Source: Eledone cirrhosa
Taxonomy: Eukaryota
Direction: 5' to 3'
Assembly (NCBI GenBank): GCA_964016885.1
Contig: OZ024747.1
Location: forward strand, 82,026,001 to 82,090,000
DNA: 64,000 bases
In this document: piece after piece, positions 41,607-55,323 of the stretch
Position numbering within the stretch: position 1 is the stretch's first letter
Layout: each line of letters opens with the position of its first letter
The notes under the pieces: model-generated
Seen by the model: only the letters and a program-made list of their open reading frames with translations
Databases searched by the model: none
What the model was told of the DNA's origin: nothing
Made by a program: the position numbers and the translations under genes

Positions 41607-44600
41607 GAGATAAACATATGCATGCACTTACATACAAATATATACATATGTATAAATAAATATATAAACCTATGTACATACATACACACACATATCTATA
41701 TCTATATATACACACACATATATGCATGCAAATGTATATGCATACACATGCATAGCCATATGTATACATATATGCACAAATAACTGCACAAATATATATA
41801 CATATATGAGTTATTTTCTCTTGAAAATTATGGCATTAAATTTCTAATACTTTCTGAATTCCATAGATACATAAAATATACTTTCTTTTATGAAGGAGGA
41901 TAATGGGAATCAAGCAGATTCGTAAAAAAAAATGAATAAGTTAATATTTATATTAAAAAACCTACAACTGAAATTTAACAAATGGAATGCCAAATCTTTT
42001 TTCCTCATTCTTCACTCTATGTGAGAAACACAGAATTACAAACTACAAAACTATTTGTTATTCCTAGTTTTATATTCTATATTAATATTTCTTTTTCGTT
42101 ATTTATTCAGCTTGAAAGAATCATTTTAAGCAATAAACAATATTGAGACTTTAAATGACTTTATCAAAATTTTATTACAGGCATTTTGATTTGTCTGGTG
42201 ATTGTGAGTTGAGTTAATCCTTTCACCAAGCTACAATGGTTCATAGAACTGGCTGTTACTAAACACTGGCTTTTACTGAAGCATGAAGTAGAAGAAATAC
42301 AATGCCCCTCCAGCCCAGGATAGGATACTATTATGCCACTGATTATCTGTGTGTGTATATATCTTTATGAATATTATGTGTATATACACAGAATGCTGCA
42401 TATATACTCACAGTGTGCTGCATGTGTGTGTGTGCATAGACAAGGTTTTCTGAAAACAACAATAGTTCAAAGATACTAATGTTGGTTTACATAGACATGA
42501 TATTCTATCTGAAATCAACCATCACAATCAGAAAACAGAGGCTTATACATATTAATGGCATGAAACGAGACAGTTACTTCTAAATGTTTCAGCCAAGACA
42601 CACACAAAAACAAAACAAGACAACACCAGCATGAAGAAATATCCAGTGAAAGAAATAGGTTTTAGGAACTAAAGCTACGCTATTGCTCATTGACTGCGTC
42701 TTGACACTAAATAGTACTGCCAAAAACCAAAAAATTAAAGGATTACCATTCTCTTGCGTACTGTCATGCTATAATCTAACAGTTAATATAATAGTTATAA
42801 TTGTGCAACATTAACTATTTCATAAATTCTACTAAATGTCAATTTGGTGTTCCCATCATTCATCAACACTTTACATATATATGCCTTCTATGCTAGCATG
42901 ATTTAGATGGGTTGTAACAGTTTCAGTCTCAATGAGTTGGAGAGATCTCATCTTTTACATATGTTCCATGTTTGACCTGGTTTCTATGGCTGATACCATT
43001 TATAATGCAAACTACTTTACAAAGTGTAGAGTGTACCAGGTGCATTTTATTATGGTACAAGCACTGAGGAGTTTTTCAAATGCTCTTCCAGACTGAAGTA
43101 TCCTCCCCAGCCTATATTGTTCCTTCTCAATCACCAACCTTTTACAGAGTGTAAAATAAAAGATATTTCTCAAGACATATACAACCTTATATTTCCTCAT
43201 TCATTCATTAAGTTGGATATGTACATTTCAGTGAGATTTTCTGGTATCAGAGTAACATCTCTTATAGATGGGGATTACAATAATATTGAGAAAGCCAGTA
43301 CAATGTATGTAGAATGAAGTGGAGTGGTGCTAGAGGTAAGCTAAATCTCATTTTACCTTACTTTGTTCTTTTCACTCCTTTATTTCTAACTTTCATTCTA
43401 CTAACTTTTCCAAAATGATTCTAACCACATTTTTCATGTAAATTTACTACTTTGATCTCTAATAGAATTTGAACCAATAAACTCAGTTCCCTAACCATTT
43501 CATTACCATATTTCTAATGAAAGACGTTGCCAATCATTTTCAAATAATCAAAAATTCAAAGGGATTTAATAATATAACCAACTCCCTCATTTTAAAAGTT
43601 GTGTTTAAAAAATAACATTAAGTTTCTTAAAGAAAATTTTGATAGAATGGTTTTAGATAAATATAAACATTTTAATATAGTTTTGTATCAAAGAAATAGG
43701 GACAGCATCAGTCATTGGTAACAGTGTTAATAAATAGAGGCATATTACCATAATATGAGTTAACATATGTATATATTCATTCAACTATGTATTAGTACAT
43801 TACTAATGTTTATCATTGTTGGCTACATTGTAAATCAAGAAATACAGTTTTACATTGGGCATAAAAATGTTACCAGTAGAAAGTTTGATCTAATAACCTC
43901 ATTTAAAAGCAGCATAATCCCAAAACAAGTTGCTTTATTTTATAGAACAGATGCAGCTCAAACACTGAAAGTACATAGACACTTTTCCCTTGTGTGCACA
44001 TACTTACACACTTAACTAGAAGTAAAGCAAATATAATCCACAGAACTTAGATCTGTATTTTTTAAGTGAATGCAGATCAATATTCAAAGCATTTAATCAC
44101 AAAGAACCAACCAGATTCCTTACAGGATTTGTATGACGAAATGTGGAAGAAACAAATCAAATCGGGGTCAAGTACATATGAATGTACACACATATTTATA
44201 TGTACATATGCATGCTTGAATACATGTGTATATGTCGGAAAAGGTTACTTGCATGCATTTCCTAAATTTAGTAGGATTTTACAATGATTTATACAAGGAT
44301 GAAGCAATCGTCCAATATAGAACACAACAAATATATCTTTGAACATAACTTGTAGATGCTTCTTTCCTCTGCAATGAATCTACACTAATATTTCATGAGA
44401 TAATAAAACTTTTTTAAAAAAAGACTAACAAAGTCTGACAGAAACCTAGGAAATATGTATACAGAATCAAAGAGGTTTTAGAAAACCTAAAATAAAAGTA
44501 TTTTGATTGATATCTGACAAATGCTAACAGTTGTTTTTATTGCAGCCCTTATCACTAAAATGTATGTTGTTGTTGATGTTGTTTATGACACTGTTGGATC

Positions 44601-45099
44601 TCCTTTAAATAGATGCTCTTCAAACTTTTTTTCTATGTAATGGAAGTTCAACTAAAAAGCAAATAAAAAACTAAGAATGCCTGTCTTAAGTAAATTTACA
44701 TATTTCTCCTTTTATTATTTCATTTTTTTAATACATATTTTCCTAATCTTGTCCCCTGCCAGAAATAGTCTAATATTTCTGTTACTGAAGATTAAATCAT
44801 TTCAGGAAATATTTTTATTTATGTTATTTTATATTCTTTTCTAGGAAACAAACTGACTGAATAATATATTTACATTGCTGAAGACTACATTCTAACAATT
44901 TTCGTTGATCATATTTTTATTATAGTACACTTATTGTTACAGCTCACACCTTTTTATGTTTAGTTTGATTTATACAAGGTTGCATTTCACTGAAGGTTTC
45001 GGAGGAGTTTTAAATGGTAGCGGCACCAGTCCTTGGATGACTGCAAGTATGTTACAGAAGGTTAACCCCAGGTGATGCTACTAATATTCATTTTTTTTC

Positions 45100-45215
45100 A
45101 GCAGAGTGAAATGGAGACACATGAAATGAGGTGTCTTGGTCAAAAACAATATGCTGTAATTAAATCCACAGCCTTATGATTGCAAGCACAACACTCATCC
45201 CACTAGGCCACATGT
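45100..45215 (-). mobile_element. Decayed tRNA-SINE head (31978 family)
   Basis: Minus strand tgtggcctagtggg...cttgcaatcataagg...gaccaagacacc. Confidence 0.5.
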
Positions 45216-46019
45216 ATCCATATAACAATACAGTTCTTTATAAGAGACTAACTTGATATTCTTTGTTTTATATAAAATAGTTTTATAGCTACGTCTTCCT
45301 TACTTCTGTTATTTATTTAATTCCTTAGAATGCTGTCACAAATCAAATATGTATATAGGGAACTCATTTTTTTATACTGTATTTTCTTATATCAAACATA
45401 TCTATATATTTCAGTCATGGACAGTTTGCCCATTTCATGAAACTTTTCAGTTCCCCAAATGCATTTTTTATCAGGAAATAATAATTGAGTAAGAAAATTT
45501 TCTTTCGTATATTTTATAACATTGTCAGAAACAACCGACATACAATATATTTGTATTATAAACATCAGAAACACTATATATTAGTGTTGATGGTGATATC
45601 AATCTGAAAATAAAATATCAGCAGATATCAGAATTCTCAGGAAGTTACATTTTCAAAGAAAATTGTTTGCTATTTTCTATTTTATAGCTCATATTCCTTA
45701 GAACATTGACAATAGATCTTAACCTACTCATACATGAATCCAAAAGTGTTTTAGATATCAGCATGTCACCACATCAGGTGATAATTTATCTTAGAAAAAC
45801 TGAGAATGTTTATGTCAGTAGTAAACCCAAATGAAACAGTGGGGCTATTTATCGCTATGTATATAAAATTCTTTGTCTCTCTATCTGTATTTTCCTTATA
45901 CATTCTCAAACAGCTTGACCAAATCAAATCAAATTTTACAAGGTTAGACCTCAGGATTAACAACATGTAATTTCTATTTTCATTTGGATTAAAACAATAT
46001 AACTCTTTATCTAAAATAA

Positions 46020-46881
46020 TCTACTATAGACAACTAAGTAAACGGATATTTTATAATACGACGACGACACATTTTGTATATGAGTGTGTATGTGTCTGTG
46101 AGTGTGTGTGTGTGTGCGTTTGTTACGTGCAATACGCCTTAGTAAGTTACATACATACACATCTTCACGTAAATATTTAATCAGATACGCAGAGAATTAA
46201 ACACACACACATCTACACATACTTATACATATGTGACGACTGATAGTTATATGTGTGAAAGTGTTATGTGTATGTGTGAGTATACATACATTTCTGTGAC
46301 GACTGACATAACGAAACGAAACACTGGGGGTGAAACTCTGTGTGTGTGTTTGTATGAATGTATGTCTGTTTGTGTTTTTTATAAGTGTATGTTTGTGTGA
46401 GTGTATGTGTGTCTGTTCGCTTTGTTTATAATACTGAAAAAAAGTCTTTATTCCAAAGATTCCTCTCATACCTACAGATGTTCCATTTGAATTTAAGAGG
46501 CTTCAGTTTCCAGTCAAAATAAGTTTTGTTATTTCAATTAACAAATCTCACAGTCAGTCCCTCAAGGTAGTTGAACTTGATCTCTCTACTATATGCTTCT
46601 CCCACGGTCAACTTTATGCTGGTTGCTCACGAGCTGGAAGCAGCAACAATTTATTCATTTGCACACCAACAAAAAATCACGCAATGACTATTGTTTACTC
46701 TGAGGTGCTTCAAGATTAACAGATTTTCATTCCTAAATTCTATTACAATTTTGATACTTTTTTTTATAAAATATAGATATTTTGAAATAATTATGAGAAA
46801 AGAAATATATCTTCATATTTATTGTTTACTAATCTGAATAAGAGCAACAGTAATCTGGGCAATGCCAGGTCATTCAGCTAG
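46020..46881 (+). mobile_element. Probable non-autonomous Helitron
   Basis: A|TC start; subterminal hairpin ctgggcaatgccagg followed by CTAG|T; no TSD. 5' boundary is less certain. Confidence 0.55.
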
Positions 46882-49522
46882 TTATAATAATAAATAAAAT
46901 GAATCATTGATAGACGCATGAGCTCCTGACAGATGTAAAGATGTCAACTAATTTTTAATTGGGCTCTTGCAGAAATCTTGTAGGATTCCATTGCTGATAT
47001 GATTTACTTATATATTCATATAACTATTGCAAGGTGCTGAACTATATGAAGGGGTCATCTATACTCATTCTTTTATTGTCAGTAATATGTCAGAAACTGT
47101 AGCATGTAGTGCTCTGACAAACACTCTATTCAGCTGCAATTAAATATTATGGCATGGAATATGTTCATCACAATAATGGTGTCTCTGGAGAATTGACGGA
47201 ATTCTTATTAGCTAATATTCTGAATTCAACTCAGTGACAAGAGAAGAATGGTCACCATTAAGATAAGGTATCCTATATATACTGTATGAAGACAAAGTCT
47301 TCAGGAAAGTAATGCACCATCACCTATGTGTATTATTATTATTTTATTCTCCTCCTGTGATTCAAAGGGCCAGCTCCAGCTTTGTATTACACTCTGTTGG
47401 GCTGAATCTTTCTGAGAATTATGTTACAGGTACACAAGCCTGTGGAATTCTCAGTTACTTGCACATTTATTTCATGAGCAGTTTGTTCTGTAGGCCAAAA
47501 AACTGGAGCACTCATTGTGAGGACTAACAGATGTCTAACTGACAATACACACACATACACATACATACTACTCCTAGAGGACTGTTGTGAGAGTCTCAAT
47601 TTCTTTACAACTATCACTTGGTAATAAGATATGCTTCCCCATTCAAACATGTACTTAGGATCTAGATCTTGGATATGCTGGCATTTGTATGGAATTGAAA
47701 ATATGGATGTTTAAGATCATGTGTGTTTGTGGGAAATCCATATTTTGTAAGTATTATATTTTCAAATATGCTTTGTTTATGCTAACTATGCTATTATAGA
47801 TTGGATATATCAAGAAAATGTGTGTACATTTGGTGTTATGACTTTTAAACTTCTGATTTCCGAACAATTTTTAAAATAATAGACACTTTGAATGGATTTA
47901 GTAAAATAATTCATTTTCTCATTATATATCTGACATTTAGAGCATAACCCAAAGGCTCTTGTATAAAATGAGGCAATATTTTAAAATTAAAATAATTACT
48001 TAACAACAAACAGTTTTTTGTCTTTTAACCAGGGGAAGTTTGGTATCAAAAGAGTAATTGAACATTGTATAAGTTAAACACAAAATGTTTTTCTATTGAA
48101 AATAATTTTACAATTGCTTTTAACATTGTTTGATATGTTTCTTGTTTGTTTATATTTATTTATTAATATGTTAGGAATTGCAAACTAAAAGAAGCTATCT
48201 AAATATTTAAATTAAATAATACTATTTGACAACACCATACAACATCATAACCAAACAGAAAAATTCATGAAAATACATTTAACATTTAAAACAGTTTTGA
48301 AGAACAATATTACTATAGAATATATTCTGTTTATTAGTAGTAGTTCCACATTATTTTTAGCAAGTCATGTGACCAATATGCATGTCTGCAGCCTCATAGT
48401 CGCCATATCAGTGCTGCAAACATCAAAATGTTCTCACTCAATAACTGAGAAATGTTAGCAACCACATCAAATGTTGTTGTGCAGTAGCTTTGAATTTAAA
48501 ATATTTTTGCTCAAAGCATCAAAAGTTTTGTTTAATGGTAGAAAAAAATGAAAAAGACTGTTGAATGTGACTCAAGCTGGAATAGGACCAATAAATCTGC
48601 TATACGGTTTTATTGCCAACTACAAATACTCAGAATAATAACACCAAACTAAAGAGGTTTTAAGCATGAAAAATGTTTTATACATTAACTATGCTTTCAT
48701 ATACTGAACTGTTTAACTTAAAATTTACTTTCAACTGTTTAATGGTTTTATTCTGCATGCTTCTGTTTTAGAATATGTATACAACATCCCTGCATGCTGT
48801 AAGAGGTGACAAAAAAGGGTTAGCATAAAAAGGGCACCCTAGTGTACGACATTATTTTAAAAACGAGCACATGATCAGTATGAAATATGTGATAGAGTCT
48901 ACAAGATTAATCCATGCTTTAGCAGGAAAAATGGCATAAAATCACAGGTCGCTGTTTATTAAGAAATTACAAATTCTCCAGATTCGCAGAGATCCACAAG
49001 TTTTAAGACAGTTTTATATTGGAATAAATGTACCTCAATACATACCAAGTAATGAAATGAAAGACAAAACCAATCTGGCAGAATTGTAACTAAAACTATA
49101 CACTAATGAAACTAAAATACTACATTCAATCATATTCACTATCACACTTTGTATTTTTGGCATTAATAAAAAACATATTTACTAATTACAAATGATGTAC
49201 AGTTAGAAATAATTTGAGGGCACGTGAAATTCAGACCCAATTTCAATCTGTTGCTCAGTTATTTTATTAATCAATGCAAAATACATACAATGTAGATATT
49301 TTGGGGAGATTTATGCATATATATGCATTGTACATGATATTCTTAGAAGTAACAAAATAGAAGGAAATAGAGCAATTTATATTTAAATAAATAATCTTTT
49401 ACCAAAGGAGGCACTCTTTGCCTCTAATGGGGGACGAAATCCCTATCAATCGTTGACACATACAAACTGGTTCAGTTGACCCCATACTTCTCTTTGTGTC
49501 TGCATATGACAATAGAAATAAT

Positions 49523-49709
49523 TGTTTCTACTTTTGGCACAAGGCCAGCAATTACCTCAGTGCATTACTGGTGCTTTATTTTAACGACCCCGTAAGGATG
49601 AAAGGCAAAGTTAACCTCGGCAGGATTTGAACTCAGACCATAAAGGGGCGTAACTCTCTGCTGCAAAGCATGGTGTCCGACCTTCTACCAAGACTGCCAA
49701 TCTACCGCC
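49523..49709 (-). mobile_element. Meta-like SINE, full length, 18-bp TSD
   Basis: TATGACAATAGAAATAAT at 49505-49522 and 49710-49727. Confidence 0.92.
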
Positions 49710-51332
49710 TATGACAATAGAAATAATGTTGATGCCTTTCATAGGCATAAAGGAGATGATATTTGGGATAGGGGAAAATATATTACAATAGTTGTCCCTT
49801 TCCTGAAATATAAAATCATATCACAAAGTCTGTTTACAAAATACAAGCCACAGTATTCAACAGTTTTGTTTTTACTTAACTATAATGATAAGATTTTGAG
49901 ATGGATGTTAAGACTGTGGTGACTTTATCAATAGCTTCGATAGAAATGGAAAATAATCCAGCCTCGCAATTGGCAATTGAAACACGGTAATAGATTTCAT
50001 TTGTAGACAACAGAATCATGACCACAACACAAACAATAATTTTTTATAATACCTGAAGAAAACACACATGCATGCACGCAAAGACGTACACACACACTCA
50101 CACGCACAAACACATATTATATCTATATACACACACATATATATAACTAAGGTGTGGTACGGAACCAGATGGACCATAGCGCACCAGAGTACTCAATACT
50201 TAGAGTAGTAGAGTGGGTAATAGGAAAATGTTTAACCCCGACGGCAGAGCTCAGGCCGTTTCGACGGCTATATATATATATAAGTGTATTAACATATATT
50301 GCTCACCAATTTGTTTCCACCAGGTTTTAATCAATGCCAAAATCATCTTGCACAAATTCACTTACCTGAAATTAGAAAAAAGAAAGGAATATTGATAAAA
50401 ATGACTGCAATAACAACAATAAAACAAAGATAGGAAACTGATATCATCTTACATGTTCATATTTTCAGTGTTGTTGAAATAGTTATATTTTAGAATTACT
50501 TTTTTTTATTTTTTTTATGTACTTCGAATTTCTTTTTTCGGGTATAAGATAAGAAATTTAGAACTAAAAAAAAAAAACGAAACGAAAATATTTCACTACT
50601 TTAAAAACACCAGAGCATAGAATATTACAGAAATATTTGCAAAATTTACAGTGATCATAAGAATCTGAGACAGTTCCATTTTAGAATACAGAAATTTCAA
50701 TAGTTAAAAGCCTAGCCAGGAGAAGAAAAAAATGAATGCATTTAACACATTTCGTCTGATGAATAGAATAAAAAAAAATACATTGTTTCCATTTTATAAT
50801 CTTAATCCAATTTCTCTATCTTGGGCGATGAACAGTTTCCCCATTTTCAATTAAATCTTTTTTGTTATCTTATTTAATTTAAGAAATAAAGCTTCATTCT
50901 ATTCAATTCGCCGACTATGAAACATCATCTCAAATAATTTCTTTAACAAATATCAGACTTATAATAGCCTAACAGGGATACTGTATCAAAGCATTCTAGA
51001 CGTAAATGGAATAATAGACAATAGAAGTCTAGGAAAACTCAAATAAATGTATATAAAATATAGTATAAGAATGTAGATCAAACATCAAAGTTTCTGATAT
51101 AATTATAGACGCCGTTTGTTTTTAGATGACTACAGCAATTGAAATAAAACATTAAATATTAAAAGTAACAATAATGTGTTGAAATGTTACCTTGGAAATA
51201 TTTAATTTGTCTTTCGTATATTTCGGAGAATTAAGGAACTAAGATAATCTGGATATAAATATATGTGACTGTTAACGACGGTGGCATGTTAACCCATTAC
51301 ATATGTCCATGGTAACATTTCAACGACATTAG

Positions 51333-51690
51333 GGTCCTACACCATGCTTTCCAGTATAGTTACGCCCCTTTACGGTCTGAGTTCAAATCCCGCCGAGGTT
51401 AACTTTGCCTTTCATCCTTACGGGGTCGATAAAATAAAGTACCAGTAATGCATTGGGTTAATTGCTGGCCTTGTGTCAAAAGTAGAAACACTTATTGCGA
51501 TGGATTGGCAGTATCGGTAGAGAGTCGAACACCATGCTAAACAGCAAAGACTTACGTCCCTTTACGGTCTGAGTTCAAATCCCGCCGAGGTTAACTTTGC
51601 CTTTCATCCTTACGGGGTCGATAAAATAAAGCACCAGTATTACACTGGGATAATTGCTGGCCTTGTGCCAAAAGTAGAAACAATTATTAT
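51333..51690 (+). mobile_element. Tandem dimer of the Meta-like SINE
   Basis: Two head-to-tail copies, ~51333-51492 and ~51500-51690. Confidence 0.9.
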
Positions 51691-52057
51691 TGTTAGCTTT
51701 CATTGTTGTTGTTATATTTACATTGCTGCAATCTTCTAAAAAAGTTTTCTACCCATTTTAAAACGTTTAAAGGAAACTAAAACATTTTTCTATAATTAAA
51801 TAGATTCTTATTTTGTATTTATCATTGGTTTGTAGCTTCAGGTCAGACACGATCAAAACAGTTTCCGTTTTAACTTCTCATTTTCTGGCACTTATTCATT
51901 ATTATCCTACAATTCAAATTGAAACAAACGTTTACCTAACCCTAACAGTTACTTTAAATAATCTTAATATATATGTTTGTTTCGATTTGAAATTCAGCTA
52001 AGGGTGCAGTAATAATAATAAAAAGTACACTTTTTCTTTGATATTAGAGTATTTAGG

Positions 52058-52330
52058 ACCACACCATCCAATGTGGTTCCCTTTTTATGGCGACGGTAGG
52101 TGTGATTTTAGTGACATTTGCATGTTATTGCTGGTATATCGATCGACCTACCTAAGAGTTTCGCTTGTCACTTTGTAATATCGTTTTAAGACTTTATCTT
52201 TAGTGACAGCAAATGAGATATAGGGCGTGTATAGTCAGTTGACTTGTTAGAAATAGCAACCAAATCTTCCTAAATTCACAGCCTACTGTCTTAAATAAAT
52301 AACAATATAATTAGGTAATGTAGGACTGAC
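52058..52330. repeat. Two opposed copies of an old dispersed repeat
   Basis: ttagaaatagcaaccaaatc...cac.c.ctac core, also seen at ~25550 (-), ~30970 (+) and ~36533 (+). Confidence 0.5.
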
Positions 52331-53324
52331 CCAATTCAGTCAAAGCACATCCGATACAGGTTGTTTTCTAATTTTTGTTTGTTTGTTTTTTCAAGGACGT
52401 ATTTTGTTTTTAAAATTAGATGAAAGTTGGAAATTGCGACATAATTCGAAATATAACCAACATATCTTTTTGATGACATGGTCATCTGCAGACATGAGAC
52501 CTGTGAGATGGAATGGCTTATTCAGCGCATCTCCATTGCCATATTTTGCCTTAACGCATTTACAATGCTGTCTGCTAGGACCATGAAATATTTGCCAGAC
52601 ACTTTGTAAACAAACTAATATTTTAAATTCATTTTGCTATACGAAATCTTTTAACGAGATATCTCTCCCATAACAAAATAATATTCAGAATGTAAAATAA
52701 ATAAATAAATACAAAGAAACAAAATATAGATTATACATCTCTAAAATATTTTTTATCTATTTTCGCTTTCCCTGTGAATATTTCGTTGATTATATGAAAA
52801 AGAAAATGAACGAAAAAGACAAATTTTAAACTCCATTTGTACGAAGAAACTGCTAAACCTGTAAATTCCTACTCGAGTAAATTTCTATAGTGAATATCAG
52901 TAAATTCTTTTTTCTTTCTCTAAGAACATACCTTTAATGGTAAAAAGCCGCAAGACTTAATTCCTCAGCATTTAAAATGAGCTTCCATACACTTCTGGAT
53001 ATCTTTGGTTACATTCTTCCAATTTTGCAAACATTCAGATGGTATACAAGTGGAAATGTTGCGAGAAAATATCATTGCTATAAAGCTATTCATCCATCTA
53101 TCAAATCTATTACAAGAGAAGCTTCTACTCCTAAACTATTGCACTTCAAAGATTCCCAGAAGCGAATAAGTTTCATGCTGTTCAAGAAAGCATTCAGCTT
53201 AGACCATGTATGGAAGCCCAATGGTGAAATAAAAACTAGTATAAAATATGCAGATTTCAACAAAATTTGTAGAAATACGTTTTTTTTCCATTATGTATAT
53301 TACGGTTTTATTGATTAAAATAAC

Positions 53325-53580
53325 AATAATTGGAATGATAAAAAAGGGAACTAAAAAATATTTGGACCTGATACCTGGAAAGCCATCTCTGCAAGAGATA
53401 CAGAAAATAGTGTTGACTGCCACTGTCCATGTTCTGAGAAGGAAATTACAAATTTAAAACCTTTGCAAAGACATTTACTGAAAACCTAGATAGTGTTATA
53501 TTGTAAGAAACTACAGACACCCGAGTGTCTGAAAAGAGGACTGTTGAAAAGGACAATGGGTTAATGTCAATGGGAGACCT
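53325..53580 (+). pseudogene. R4/Dong-like LINE extreme C-terminus and 3' UTR
   Basis: GMIKKGTKKYLDLIPGKPSLQEIQKIVLTATVHVLRR resembles the RLE-element C-terminal IQKxxLxxTxHxLRK motif. Confidence 0.65.
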
Positions 53581-53911
53581 AAATCTCATATTTAAAAGAT
53601 ATTTGGACCTCCTAAGACAGATTCTGCTTTTAAATAGAGGGATCTGAACAGATAGTTTGTTTGACCTCTATAGCAATATAGACACACGAACTTATTAACC
53701 AGCTCTGCTGGAATTAACACTAGCTGAGTTTGCTACACAGGTTAGTAAATGTTACTACTATGTATTTGCACACATAACATATTGCATCTTTTCCTGTTGA
53801 TCATTGCTGCAGATGATTTTGAAGCAAATCATGTTATGAATAAAAACATTTAAATTAGCAGTGCCTTGTTCATTTGTTAATTCTCATCTATGTCCCCATA
53901 ATATTTTCCCC

Positions 53912-54099
53912 ATAATAATTATTTCTACTTTTGGCACAAGGCCAGCAATTACCCAGTGCATTAGTCGTGCTTCATTTGATCGACCCCGTAAGGACGAAAA
54001 GCAAAGTTAACCTCGGCGGGATTTGAACTCAGATCATAAAGGGGTATAACTCTATGCTGCAAAGCATGGCGTCGGGCCTCAACCGATACTGCCAATCCA
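53912..54099 (-). mobile_element. Meta-like SINE
   Basis: Reverse complement of the 39222 family. Confidence 0.88.
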
Positions 54100-54783
54100 C
54101 AATACTTCACAACACAACACAAGTGAGTACAACTACTTGTTTTTCTCGAACATGGCAAAATGTTTCTTCATTCACTGAGACTTATTTCATTTACTCACAT
54201 GCCATTATTTGACCAACAAGCCACTCACTTCTTCCACTACATCAACAACTTCATTTTGCAACTAATACCACCATCCAATAATAAACTAAACAAAAAACAC
54301 CATCATTACCCCCGCTAAACGTTTATTTCTGTGACCTATACATTTTATGCAAACTATAAATAAAGATATTTTAATACATTTTACATGAATGATTTACCAT
54401 ACTTTAACTCTACTGTTCACTGACTAACTTATATGGTAATAACTTTACATCAATTATTTTAGACACTCAAATAGTGGCAATGGTGGTTTCTCTAAATAAT
54501 ATTTGTCAAAATCTACATTATTTCGCATTTTTTTTACTATCGATCCGTATATTTATGTATCTGCGTCGTTTATACTTTCAGAATAAATGGTATTTTTTAA
54601 AATCTTTTTTTGTGAAGAAGTCAGAATGATTTTTCTCTCTCTCTCTCTCACCCCCCCCCCCACACACACACACACACAGAAAATTTCTTTTTGCAGTTTC
54701 TACATATAACTATTTCATGTTTTCTTTAGTAAATTAGATTTAATCTTACGTTCAAAGCTTTGTACTTATCTTTATACACACAC

Positions 54784-54823
<40 letters not shown>

Positions 54824-54950
54824 AAAATTTTATTTAAAATTGTTGGGTTACAACGAGTAAATATTTTATAACTGATATAAAAGCACTCAACAGATTTTGG
54901 AGTATTTTACGATATTAAACAAATGGAAACTACATTTATAAAACCATATT

Positions 54951-55016
54951 TATTTCATTATATATATTTCAGGGATATCATATTAAAAATATGGTATGCC
55001 CTCTTCAGACAAAATA
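54951..55016 (-). ncRNA. Type-I hammerhead ribozyme
   Basis: Minus strand TATTTTGT-CTGAAGA-GGGcATACCATATT ttt AATATGATATCCCT-GAAA-TATATA-TA-ATGAAATA. 8-bp stem I (2 GU pairs), long stem II. Confidence 0.72.
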
Positions 55017-55174
55017 CAATATATAAACAGTTTTATAAATAAATTTGACATACCTGCATATGACTCCAGTTCCTCAGTGAATTAACAACCCAACAAGGAA
55101 CTGGGCATATCAGAGTATTGACAATATTATGCACCTAAACAACATATGTACTTGTCTATACCATACTAATTCAA

Positions 55175-55229
55175 ACTGCCTGAAGAGGTCACAGCCAAAG
55201 ATGGCTGTCACTGAAATATATATAGCAGT
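55175..55229 (+). ncRNA. Type-I hammerhead ribozyme
   Basis: ACTGC-CTGAAGA-GGTcACAGCCA aaga TGGCTGTcACT-GAAA-TATATA-TA-GCAGT. Confidence 0.78.
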
Positions 55230-55323
55230 AATAAACGAAGCTAAATTTTAATCATTTAACTTTTATTTAACTTTATTTTACATATGTATATATATATATA
55301 CATACATATGTATATATATATAT

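Larger units (their letters stand above)
54821..55282. mobile_element. Non-coding TA-flanked unit with two different, divergently oriented hammerheads
   Basis: HHR on - strand 54951-55016, hairpin 55058-55110, HHR on + strand 55175-55229. No ORF. Ends are not inverted copies of each other. Confidence 0.65.

Noticed and set aside
44780-44900. CTGAAGA motifs (also ~23105, ~31789, ~35746, ~47293, ~50053)
   Set aside because: No compatible stem I, stem II or GAAA..UH arrangement; not called as hammerheads.
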